64,000 nt of DNA, from contig OZ241983.1 in NCBI GenBank assembly GCA_965204355.1, positions 5,061,088-5,125,087 on the forward strand, given 5' to 3'. Positions 55,760 to 64,000 of this stretch are shown piece by piece. The DNA is from Candidatus Poribacteria bacterium (GTDB lineage: Bacteria > Poribacteria > WGA-4E > PCPOR2b). Position numbers and translations under genes: made by a program. Below the pieces are notes generated by a model. The model made no database searches and had not been told where the DNA came from. It saw only the letters and a program-made list of their open reading frames with translations. Position 1 is the stretch's first letter. Each line of letters begins with the position of its first letter.

Positions 55760-57247
55760 GTGTCACTGGTTATGGGAATTGACCTCGGCACCTCAAATGC
55801 CAAAACGGTCTTGATGGACGAGGCGGGACATATCGTGTCGATGGCGAGCGCTGACTATCCGTTGTTGACACCACACCCCGGTTGGGCGGAGCAGAATCCC
55901 GACGATTGGTGGAACGCGCTGTGCGACACAAGCCGCCAAGTGCTCCGAGAACTCAAGACCCACCATCCCGCATATTCGATCCACGACATAAAAAGTGTAT
56001 CGCTTTCGGGGCAGATGAACAGCGCAATGCTTGTGGATGTTCGTGGGGTGCCGATTCGCCGTGCGATTGCTTGGTTGGACGGGCGCTCGAAACGGGAATG
56101 CGATGAGGCGAATCAACGGGCAGGTGACCTATTTCGCAAACGGGTGATGCAGGTGCTTAACCCCGTCAACACGTTGGGGAAAATTCTCTGGCTACGGGAC
56201 AACGAACCGGACCTCTATACCGATGCCCGGTATGCCCTCATTCAGAAAGATTGGATCCGCTTCCGACTGACCGGCAGCTTTGCGTCGGACGTTTCGGACG
56301 CCTCGATATCGGCGGCTGGGGACATCTACACGCGGGATTGGAGCGATGAGATTTTAGATGCGCTCGAAATTCGTCGTGACCTTTTTCCGCCCATCGTCGA
56401 ATCATCTGTCGTGGTTGGTGAAATCACAGCGGAGGCGTCCGCAGAAACGGGGTTAGCGGCAGGGACGCCCGTATGTGCCGGCGCGGGTGATATGGCTTGT
56501 ATGGCGGTGGGCGGCGGCGTTATCAAACCGGGGGTCGCCAACGTCGGGATCGGTACAGCCGGTCATGCGTTAGCTTTTGCTGAAGGGGTCAACGATGAGG
56601 GGTACAATCAACTTTGGCCCATCTGCCATGCGGTGCCGGGAAAATACATCTGGCTCGGATGCACATATACGGGTGGAGGGAGTCTGGCATGGATCCGTGA
56701 CCAGTTTGGTGAGGAGTTCGAGGACTTAACCGCACAGGCTGAAAACGCGCCCGTAGGCAGTGACGGGCTATTTTTTATGCCGTGGTTTCAGGGAGCAGCG
56801 ACGCCAAATCCCGATCCCCACGCACGTGCCGGCTGGATCGGCTTGACGTTGCACCACACAAAGGGACACATGATTCGCGCGTTGATGGAGGGGGTCGCCT
56901 TTGACCTCCGACACTCGCTCGAATGCTTCAAGCGGTTGGGATCCCCGATTGACGAACTCCGTATCGGTGAAGGTGGGGCGAAGTCCCCGCTCTGGCGGGG
57001 GATTCAAGCTGATGTTTTTGGTCAAGATGTTCAGATAATAGGGACGCAGGAGTTGTCCGCTATCGGTGCGGCGATCATTGCCGGCGTTGGCATCGGTCTG
57101 TTTCCGGACTTCGAGTCCGCATGTGAAAAAGCAATCGTGCTGGGCGAGACGATCAGGTGTGATGCGGATCGGGTCCGACAATATGAGGAGTGCTATCAGC
57201 GATATTGCGAACTGTATCCGCTACTCAAAGATTGGTTTCGTAGTTGA
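55760..57247 (+). CDS. FGGY-family carbohydrate kinase (xylulokinase-like)
   Basis: Begins (V)SLVMGIDLGTSNAKTVLMDEAG ... HPGWAEQNPDDWW, with conserved FGGY N- and C-domains. It has a GTG start with an AAAGGGG ribosome-binding site. Confidence 0.8.
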   Translation: MSLVMGIDLGTSNAKTVLMDEAGHIVSMASADYPLLTPHPGWAEQNPDDWWNALCDTSRQVLRELKTHHPAYSIHDIKSVSLSGQMNSAMLVDVRGVPIRRAIAWLDGRSKRECDEANQRAGDLFRKRVMQVLNPVNTLGKILWLRDNEPDLYTDARYALIQKDWIRFRLTGSFASDVSDASISAAGDIYTRDWSDEILDALEIRRDLFPPIVESSVVVGEITAEASAETGLAAGTPVCAGAGDMACMAVGGGVIKPGVANVGIGTAGHALAFAEGVNDEGYNQLWPICHAVPGKYIWLGCTYTGGGSLAWIRDQFGEEFEDLTAQAENAPVGSDGLFFMPWFQGAATPNPDPHARAGWIGLTLHHTKGHMIRALMEGVAFDLRHSLECFKRLGSPIDELRIGEGGAKSPLWRGIQADVFGQDVQIIGTQELSAIGAAIIAGVGIGLFPDFESACEKAIVLGETIRCDADRVRQYEECYQRYCELYPLLKDWFRS

Positions 57248-57305
57248 TAACCCTGTGAATCAAGCATCCACAAATCGAATAAACCACAAGAGGAGACACA
57301 ACACC

Positions 57306-58307
57306 ATGAAAATTACCCAAATCGACGCAATATCGGTCAATGTTCCATACCATGAAGGCATCGCCGAAATGATGGTCGAACGGAATCTATACCAAGGGAA
57401 CACCGTCTATAAAGTTCACACCGACGCAGGAATCGTCGGTATCGGTGAAGCTGAAGGGCAGCCCGATGAGAATCTTCAGGAGTACGTTGGCAGAGATCCG
57501 TTTGAACTCATGAACGGACTGGCACCGACACCGGTTCAGCAAGCAGCATACGACATCATGGGAAAATCACTCGGTGTGCCGGTCCATCAACTGGTGGGTG
57601 AAAAGGTGCAAGATAAAGTGGCGATTGGATACTGGTCGATCGATATGCCAGCCGCAGAGTGGGCAGAAGAAGCGAAACGCGCCTATTCGCTCGGATACCG
57701 GCTCCACAAAATCAAGGCACGTCCTTGGCACGATATCGTTGAACAGGTGGGAGCAATCTCAGAGGTCGTTCCGTCCGATTACAAGCTGCGGGTCGATCCC
57801 AACGACTCATTTGAGACACCGGCAAAGTCTATTGAGTTCGCAAAGCAGCTCCGGGATTACAACATTGAGGCGTTTGAAACGCCAATTCCCCAAAGCGATA
57901 TCGACGGATACTTGGAGATTCGACGAGGCTGCGATATGCCGATTACAATTCACTTCGGCAATCCCGATCCCGTCGAGGCAATCAAAGCAGGCATGAACGA
58001 CTCCTTCATCATTGCCTACCCGGACTCACGTGCTGCAAACGCCAAGCGCGAAGCCTCCATCTCTGAGTCTGCACATCTGCCGCTCTGGATTCAGATTGTC
58101 GGGATGGGCATAACAACCACCTATCTCATCCATCTCGCTGCCACGATGCCCAACGCTACCATGTCCTCCATTACGCTTAATTGTCTGCGAGCGTTCGACA
58201 TCATCACGCCGGCGGTCCAGATGGAGAACGGCTACGCAACCGTCCCCGATGCGCCGGGGTTGGGAATTGAGCTTGATGAGGACCTCCTGGACAACTGCCG
58301 GGTATAA
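57306..58307 (+). CDS. enolase-superfamily (mandelate racemase/muconate-lactonising enzyme) protein
   Basis: Begins MKITQIDAISVNV ... VHTDAGIVGIGEAEG, with a K/D/E/D metal-binding pattern. An AAGAGGAGA ribosome-binding site lies upstream. Confidence 0.7.
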   Translation: MKITQIDAISVNVPYHEGIAEMMVERNLYQGNTVYKVHTDAGIVGIGEAEGQPDENLQEYVGRDPFELMNGLAPTPVQQAAYDIMGKSLGVPVHQLVGEKVQDKVAIGYWSIDMPAAEWAEEAKRAYSLGYRLHKIKARPWHDIVEQVGAISEVVPSDYKLRVDPNDSFETPAKSIEFAKQLRDYNIEAFETPIPQSDIDGYLEIRRGCDMPITIHFGNPDPVEAIKAGMNDSFIIAYPDSRAANAKREASISESAHLPLWIQIVGMGITTTYLIHLAATMPNATMSSITLNCLRAFDIITPAVQMENGYATVPDAPGLGIELDEDLLDNCRV

Positions 58308-58425
58308 GTCCCCCTGACAAGAGGGATTTCAGAGAGTACGTGCCAAGTCCCCCTGACAAGGGGGATTTAGGGGGTTGGCTGTGCATTTGTAGTATCTAAA
58401 TAATCTTAAAATCTACCTTAATAGC
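58305..58425. repeat. partial family A/D repeat (ggggg core plus one terminus)
   Basis: Contains agtccccctgacaagagggatttcag ... agtccccctgacaagggggatttagggggttggctgtgcatttgtagtatctaaataatcttaaaatctacc. Confidence 0.45.
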
Positions 58426-58529
58426 ACCTCATGTTAAGAGATTGTGCGATAGAAACTGTAGGGGCGGGGTTACCCCGCCCGAATTTACGTTCTAGCCCGG
58501 CTGAACCAATCAACCCAATAAATGAAACA

Positions 58530-59057
58530 ATGAACAAACGCTTTTCACGCCTTACGCGGCTCGCACTGTATATCTTCAGTCTACTGCTCCTCGGTTGTGG
58601 TGGAGGCGTTAAACTGATCAATCTGCCCCAAACCAGCGTCGTACTTAACCTATCTAAAGCGCAGCGAGAGAGCATTGAGCCCAAGATTGCGCTCATCCGG
58701 GATATAGTTGAAGATTACGAGTTCGAAAAAGATGAAGTGGACGCTGAATATCGCCGATACACCAGCCGTGCCAGCTTGCCTCCAATGAGTCGGTATGAGG
58801 GAGGGCGTTTGAACAGGGGGATTCGGTCGGAGTGGCACGAACTGAGAATCAAACTCAGAAGTTTTGTCGCACAACGACGGCAATACGCCAAAGAGATCTC
58901 CGGACTCATCAACGATATTAAGGCAGATTTGACGCCTAATCAACGGGTCGCGTTTGAGGATCTCGAACTGCCTCAGCTCCGGCTGCCGGAGGTGCTCAGA
59001 AGGCGTTCCCATGACGAGTTTGGAATGCGGATGAGAGGGGTGCCATTCCGGTTCTGA
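58530..59057 (+). CDS. periplasmic lipoprotein with Spy/CpxP/ZraP-like LTxxQ motifs
   Basis: A lipoprotein signal LLLLGCGGG. The motifs LSKAQRESIEPK and DLTPNQRVAFEDL form an LTxxQ pair, as in the Spy/CpxP family. Confidence 0.4.
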   Translation: MNKRFSRLTRLALYIFSLLLLGCGGGVKLINLPQTSVVLNLSKAQRESIEPKIALIRDIVEDYEFEKDEVDAEYRRYTSRASLPPMSRYEGGRLNRGIRSEWHELRIKLRSFVAQRRQYAKEISGLINDIKADLTPNQRVAFEDLELPQLRLPEVLRRRSHDEFGMRMRGVPFRF

Positions 59058-59094
59058 AGCAACACTTAATTCACAAAAGGAGACGTTTCTAACG

Positions 59095-59931
59095 ATGAAA
59101 CTTTCACTCTCGGTTCGGGTTGCAGAAGCACCCGGATCCAAAGAAGAGACCATCCGGTCCTTTGATAAAATTGCCACGCTCGCCGACCAACTCGGCTATC
59201 ACGCGGTCTGTATGAGAGCATCACAGGCGGGGACACAGACACCCCTCCAGGAAATCACCGCTATCCGCCAGAAAACCGGTCAACTCAATCTCGCTGTGTC
59301 CATGGTCACGGGCGATTTCCCAATTCCAATCAACAACGACCAAGGTCCCGATGCCCTACGGAACATTACGCCTTATTTGGATCTAACTGAACTGTTGGGC
59401 GCCAATCTGATCCGGATCGCCATGAAAAAGGAGGAGGACATTATCTGGGCGAAACGAGCCTCCGACGAAGCTTTCGAGCGAGGCATCCGGTTGGCGCATC
59501 AGTCACACACGCGCAGTCTGTTTGAAACAGTAGACGGCTCAGTTGATATCCTCAAACGGGTGGGAAGAAACAACTTCGGTATCATCTACGAGCCAGCGAA
59601 TTTAGACCTCTGTGGACAGGATTACGGTCCCGAAACACTCAAACGTTTTTCACCCTACCTGTTCAACGTCTACCTCCAAAACCATATCCGACGGCCTGAC
59701 GGAAAGACGCATCTTGAGACGTGGATTCACGGCGATGTCCCGCACGATCCAATCCGCTTGCAGGATGAGGGCGGAATTGACTATTCGAGTGTCTTTGAGG
59801 GATTGGCAGAAATTGGCTACAACGGTTATGTGACAGTGCATCAGGCGTTCACCGAAATTATGGAGCCAGAGGATGCCGCACAGCAAAGCTACGATTACTT
59901 GACGCAGCTCGCGGATTTTGAAGCAAGGTAG
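59095..59931 (+). CDS. sugar phosphate isomerase/epimerase (xylose-isomerase-like TIM barrel)
   Basis: TIM-barrel pattern consistent with AP-endonuclease-2/XylA-like fold proteins. The protein is 278 aa. Confidence 0.65.
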   Translation: MKLSLSVRVAEAPGSKEETIRSFDKIATLADQLGYHAVCMRASQAGTQTPLQEITAIRQKTGQLNLAVSMVTGDFPIPINNDQGPDALRNITPYLDLTELLGANLIRIAMKKEEDIIWAKRASDEAFERGIRLAHQSHTRSLFETVDGSVDILKRVGRNNFGIIYEPANLDLCGQDYGPETLKRFSPYLFNVYLQNHIRRPDGKTHLETWIHGDVPHDPIRLQDEGGIDYSSVFEGLAEIGYNGYVTVHQAFTEIMEPEDAAQQSYDYLTQLADFEAR

Positions 59932-60002
59932 GTTTCGTAAACAGGTGTAGAAAAAAAGGTAAGCAGATTGGGCACATACTACGGAGCCTCTGCAAAATCA
60001 GT

Positions 60003-60265
60003 AGGGCTATTCAGTTTTAGGCTTATGACCCATTTTGTTTGAAAAGTCAGAGTCGGGCAGTCGCTCTTAGAGCGAAGTGTCGGGATTTGGAAATCCCTCC
60101 CCGATAAATCGGGATGCAAGCACCTACAGAAAAACTATGGTGAACTTTAGAATGACTTGGACACGCTGTACCGGCGCAGTTAGAAATCCTGGTCACGATT
60201 TATCGGACAGCGCCTACCAAATACCGGGAGCGAAAGTGTCTACATATTTTGATAATTCACTATAA
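60003..60265. repeat. composite repeat: a family B element followed by a family A MITE (second copy of the 9585-9830 arrangement)
   Basis: The first block is ctattcagttttaggctt ... cattttgtttgaaaagtcagagtcgggcagtcgctcttagagcgaagtgtcgggatttggaaatccctcc. The second block is tatggtgaactttagaatgacttggacacgctgtaccggcg ... gagcgaaagtgtctacatattttgataattcactata. Confidence 0.55.
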
Positions 60266-60366
60266 ATGCCCCTAGTCAAGTGGTTTTAAACGGATGTTAT
60301 TGCTTTTGTATAGCAACTTTTGAATAATCTTGTCCAAAAAAATATTTGAGAGATTGGAGTGAATAT

Positions 60367-60882
60367 ATGACCGATTTTTCCAAATTTATTCGGGATATCC
60401 CCGATTTTCCACAACCCGGAATCCTTTTCAAGGATATCACCCCGCTGCTTCAAGATCCACACGCCTTCCGGGGTGTGGTGGATACAATGGCAGCCCACTA
60501 CGAATCGAAAAATATTGATGCGATCGTGGGAATAGATGCACGTGGCTTTATCTTCGGTAGTGCACTTGCCTATCGTTTAGGTGTGAGCTTTGTGCCCGTC
60601 CGCAAGAACGGAAAACTCCCCTACCTTACGCATGAAGCCAGTTATGAACTAGAATACGGTGTGGATACCCTCGCTATTCATCAGGACGCCTGTGCGCCGG
60701 GAAGCCGTGTAGTAATCTGTGATGATGTGATTGCGACGGGAGGCACAATCGCTGCTTCGATTGAACTCATCGAAAAACTTGGCAGTGACGTTGCCGGAAT
60801 TGCAGCCCTTATCGAACTTACCTTCCTTAATGGACGCGATAAATTCTCGAACCACGATATTTTTTCTCTAATTGAATTTTAA
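60367..60882 (+). CDS. apt: adenine phosphoribosyltransferase
   Basis: Contains FKDITPLL, the PRPP-binding VVICDDVIATGGT, and GIDARGFIFGSALAYRLGV. The protein is about 171 aa. Confidence 0.85.
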   Translation: MTDFSKFIRDIPDFPQPGILFKDITPLLQDPHAFRGVVDTMAAHYESKNIDAIVGIDARGFIFGSALAYRLGVSFVPVRKNGKLPYLTHEASYELEYGVDTLAIHQDACAPGSRVVICDDVIATGGTIAASIELIEKLGSDVAGIAALIELTFLNGRDKFSNHDIFSLIEF

Positions 60883-60923
60883 CCCTTGATATGCTATACT
60901 ATCCCTTTGTTGTTAGTCGAGCT

Positions 60924-60999
60924 GCGCCTGTAGCTCAGGGGATAGAGCAGGGGCTTCCTAAGCCTCGTGTCGGGGGTTCGAATCCTCCCAGGCGCACCA
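60924..60999 (+). tRNA. tRNA-Arg (anticodon CCT)
   Basis: A cloverleaf: acceptor GCGCCTG/CAGGCGC, D-loop AGCTCAGGGGATAGAGC, anticodon stem-loop GGGGC-TTCCTAA-GCCTC, T-arm GGGGGTTCGAATCCTCC, and an encoded CCA. My hand-counted coordinates may be off by 1. Confidence 0.85.
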
Positions 61000-61021
61000 T
61001 TTTTTATTCTTAGGAGAAATG

Positions 61022-64000
61022 AATGTACAGCGTTAGTGTGTGGAAATTAATTTTAATTATTGTGGTACTCCTGTTTTCAGTATTGTACCTCATCCCGACC
61101 CCGGAGAATCTCTATAATCCCCTATACGGAAATCTCTCCCTCTGGATGCAAGAGAGACTCCCCCAATTTGAAGCAACCGATGAAAATGCCTTAAAGGTAA
61201 GCCTGCAAGACGTTCAATACCCGGAAGGCGTCAACTTTCAGGACGCAACAACCGAACTCAAGGAAATCTTGGCGAGAAGATTAGAGGCTAATGGATTTGA
61301 AGAGGTGGTGGATTATCAATTTGATACAACGGAAGCGGGAGAGTTCCTTGTCAATTTCTCATCCCCAAAGAACAAAGCTGACCTTGAACGGGTTCTGGAA
61401 AATCTACATCTGTACGGACGTATTCCAACCATCGTCCGTCGCTTGATACCAGATAATCGCTTAAAACTCGGTCTCGATCTCAGGGGTGGGGTTCACCTCG
61501 TCCTTGAGGTGGATCTTGAGGAATCAAAAATTGAGCTGCTGAAGGGGCGCGCTTCATCGATTCCTGATCGATTGCGAACGGATAAAATCCACTGTAGGGT
61601 GGCGGAACCTGTCTTAGAAGAAAATGCCCTCAATGTCATTGTAGGCATCCCGAAACGGCTGTCGGACCCAAGCGAGCAGACGGAATATCTGAAAACGGCA
61701 CAGGACAATCTTGAAGAGTTAGAGTTCTTCGATGCGCCCCAAGAGATCAATCGGACGGACACGGAGGTCACCTATCAGATTCGCTTGAATGAATCCGGCT
61801 TGGAACAATATAGCGAACAAGCGATCGATCAAGTCATGGTGGTGCTACGCAACCGCATTGATGCGTTCGGGGTCGCTGAACCGTCGATTCGACGCGAAGC
61901 CAATCGTCCCCGGATTATCGTAGAATTGCCCGGTGCGAAGGATTCATCAAAACCGCTCCAGATTGTCAAGACGATGGGACGACTCGAATTTAAGCTGGTC
62001 GAAAAGAGTCCTACCGGTGCGGTCGCTTGGTCAGGATCAGCCGACACCCCACCGCCTGACGAAATTCCCGAAGGCACCGAAATCCGATACCACAACGACG
62101 ATGGAACAGCTTTGGCAAATAGTTGGTACGTTGTGCAGAGCCCAATCCTACTGAGTGGCGACCGGATCAGAAGCGCGCGGGAAACCCCAGGCAATACCAG
62201 CTTCGAGATTGTCGTGTCTATGAGTTTCGACTCCCAAGGTACACGGCAATTCGGGCAACTGACTACCAACCATGTCGGTGAACTGTTGGCCATTCTGTTG
62301 GATGGCAAGGTTCAATCTGCACCCCGAATTAACGAACCGATTCTCGGTGGAAATGCACAAATCTCTGGAGACTTTACCTTTGAAGAAGCCCAATATCTGG
62401 CTAATATTCTCAAAGCCGGGGCATTCCCCGTCGGCGTGAAAATCGCGGAAGAGCGGACCGTTGGACCGACCCTCGGTCAAGAAGCAATCGACGATGGGGT
62501 TCGTGCCGCCGTTATTGGCATGAGCGTTGTGCTAATCTTCATGTTAATCTACTATCGGTTTTCGGGTATTGTTGCGATCATCGCGCTGGCATTTAATATG
62601 CTCATCATTCTGGGAGCACTTGCCGGGTTTGGTGCCGCGTTGACGCTGCCCGGACTCGCAGGGCTTGTTTTAACCATTGGTATGGCGGTTGATGCAAATG
62701 TGCTTATTTTTGAGCGTATCCGTGAGGAGCTACGCACCGGCAAAACCGTATGGTCCGCAATTCAGACCGGGTACCAGAAGGCTTTCTGGACAATCCTTGA
62801 CGCCAATGTAACGACGTTAGCCGTGGCAGCGGTGCTCTACCATTTCGGAACAGGTCCCATCAAGGGATTTGCCGTCACATTGGGAATCGGTATCTTTGCC
62901 AGCATGTTCACCGCTATTGTTGTCACACGAGAGATTTACGGCTGGGTGCTTGGCGGTCGGGATGTCCAGAGGCTAAGTATCGGACGGGAGGCCATCAGAA
63001 ACACAACCATCGGCTTTCTTGGTAGGAGTCGAATGGGATTTACACTATCTGCGATCCTTATTATTATCGGCATCGTTTCACTTGTTCTGCATAACGGACC
63101 TAATTTTGGGATTGATTTTCGGGGCGGCGTCAAGACCTACGCTAAATTTAATCGCGTAGTTACTCAACCGGAACTCTCCGCTAAACTGACCGAACTGGGT
63201 TACGAGCGCTCGAAAGTCCAAGTAGATGCTGCAAAGCAGGAGGCCTCAATTGACATCGGCTACAGCGCGGAATTTGAAAGGCAGCGAGTCGTTGTCCCAT
63301 TGTCCGCGGATCCTGGGGGAGCGACCGCAATGAGTGTTCAGGTGAGCGCCGCGCAGGAGAGAATACATGTGTTCCAACCCGGAGATGCTATTCAGCTCAT
63401 CGAGGGAGACGTTCGATTGCGAAATGAAATTCGTGACGTTGTAGAGGACGAGGACGCAATCACCTTTGCACTCGCAAACGAAATTGGATCCGATTTGACA
63501 CAGGCAGCGCAGATACAGATTCAAGCGAGTGTCGGTCAGATCCTTACTGATGCCTTGTTAGAGGGAGATCGGGATTGGAAAGCCATACCGCGTGCAATAA
63601 GTGTGAATGAAGTTGGACCCAGCGTTGGCAAGGACCTTAAGTGGGCCGCACTATGGTCTGTCCTCTGGTCAATAGTTATCCTGCTTTTCTATATCTCTTG
63701 GCGCTTTGAATTCCGTTTCGCTATCGGCGCGATCGCTGCGCTGATTCACGATGTGCTGATTACACTCGGTGTCTTTTCGGTGTTTGTCAAGGAAATTAAC
63801 CTGCCGACGGTCGCCGCATTCCTCACAATTATCGGTTACTCCTTGAACGATACGATTGTCGTGTTTGACCGTATCCGCGAAAACAGCACGCTGCTCAAGG
63901 GGACCGACTTTGCCGAGGTTATCAATAGAAGCATCAATCAATCTCTGAGCAGGACCGTAGTGACCTCTTTGACAACGCTCTTTGTTGTTCTCGTGATTTT
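61022..64000 (+). CDS. secDF: fused protein translocase subunit SecDF; 3' end lies outside the window
   Basis: The N-terminal transmembrane helix WKLILIIVVLLFSVLYLIP is followed by LGLDLRGGVHLVLEVD, the SecD periplasmic domain and 6 transmembrane helices. The SecF start ... GIDFRGG then runs to the window end. The gene is absent from the ORF track because the ORF is open-ended. Confidence 0.75.

Noticed and set aside
61022-61460. Apparent +1 frameshift in secDF: an extra G near 61438-61441 would end the N-terminal frame at TAA 61454-61456 and restart SecD in another frame.
   Set aside because: The supplied ORF track does not list a 61022-61456 ORF. It would list one if the stop were real. 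My own base counting also proved off by one at two other places (21752, 44828). The likeliest explanation is a reading slip on my side, and the gene is probably a single open-ended ORF running past the window end.

Overview
This 64-kb window is a gene-dense bacterial chromosomal segment with about 52% GC. All coding calls rest on motifs read from the translated ORFs, with no database search. Hand-counted coordinates for repeats and the tRNA may be off by 1-2 bp.

Most genes encode accessory or catabolic enzymes of the kind found in marine or sponge-associated uncultivated lineages. These include four phytanoyl-CoA-dioxygenase (PhyH) paralogues, two Gfo/Idh/MocA oxidoreductases, a DUF1080 domain protein, three xylose-isomerase-like TIM barrels, two enolase-superfamily dehydratases, an FGGY kinase, an SDR, an FAH-family hydrolase, and cupin, MBL and AAC(3)-family proteins. 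I cannot assign a lineage.

Other content includes an ABC transporter whose FtsX-type permease is 1153 aa, M16, M48 (Ste24-like) and M55 peptidases, and an undecaprenyl diphosphate synthase. A thioredoxin-like DUF255 protein carries a DsbD-alpha-like tail. There is an MIP channel, an adenine phosphoribosyltransferase, a tRNA-Arg(CCT), and the 5' part of a fused secDF gene. Two secreted multidomain proteins carry T9SS-type C-terminal sorting domains.

The most unusual features are these:
- Nearly every intergenic region is filled with modular palindromic repeats (REP/MITE-like). The window contains an IS200-type REP-associated tyrosine transposase (RAYT) flanked by REP arrays.
- REP-like palindromes sit in-frame inside a roughly 1080-aa single-polypeptide restriction-modification enzyme (PD-(D/E)xK nuclease plus NPPY N6-adenine methyltransferase). 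They also sit in the signal-peptide region of a BNR-propeller protein.
- A probable selenoprotein of the glycine/betaine/proline-reductase B-like family has an in-frame TGA followed by 84 open, protein-like codons.
- Two small membrane-anchored heptad-repeat proteins are present, one encoded by 21-nt tandem repeats.
- An iteron-like array of TGTCACA direct repeats lies at about 9.2 kb.
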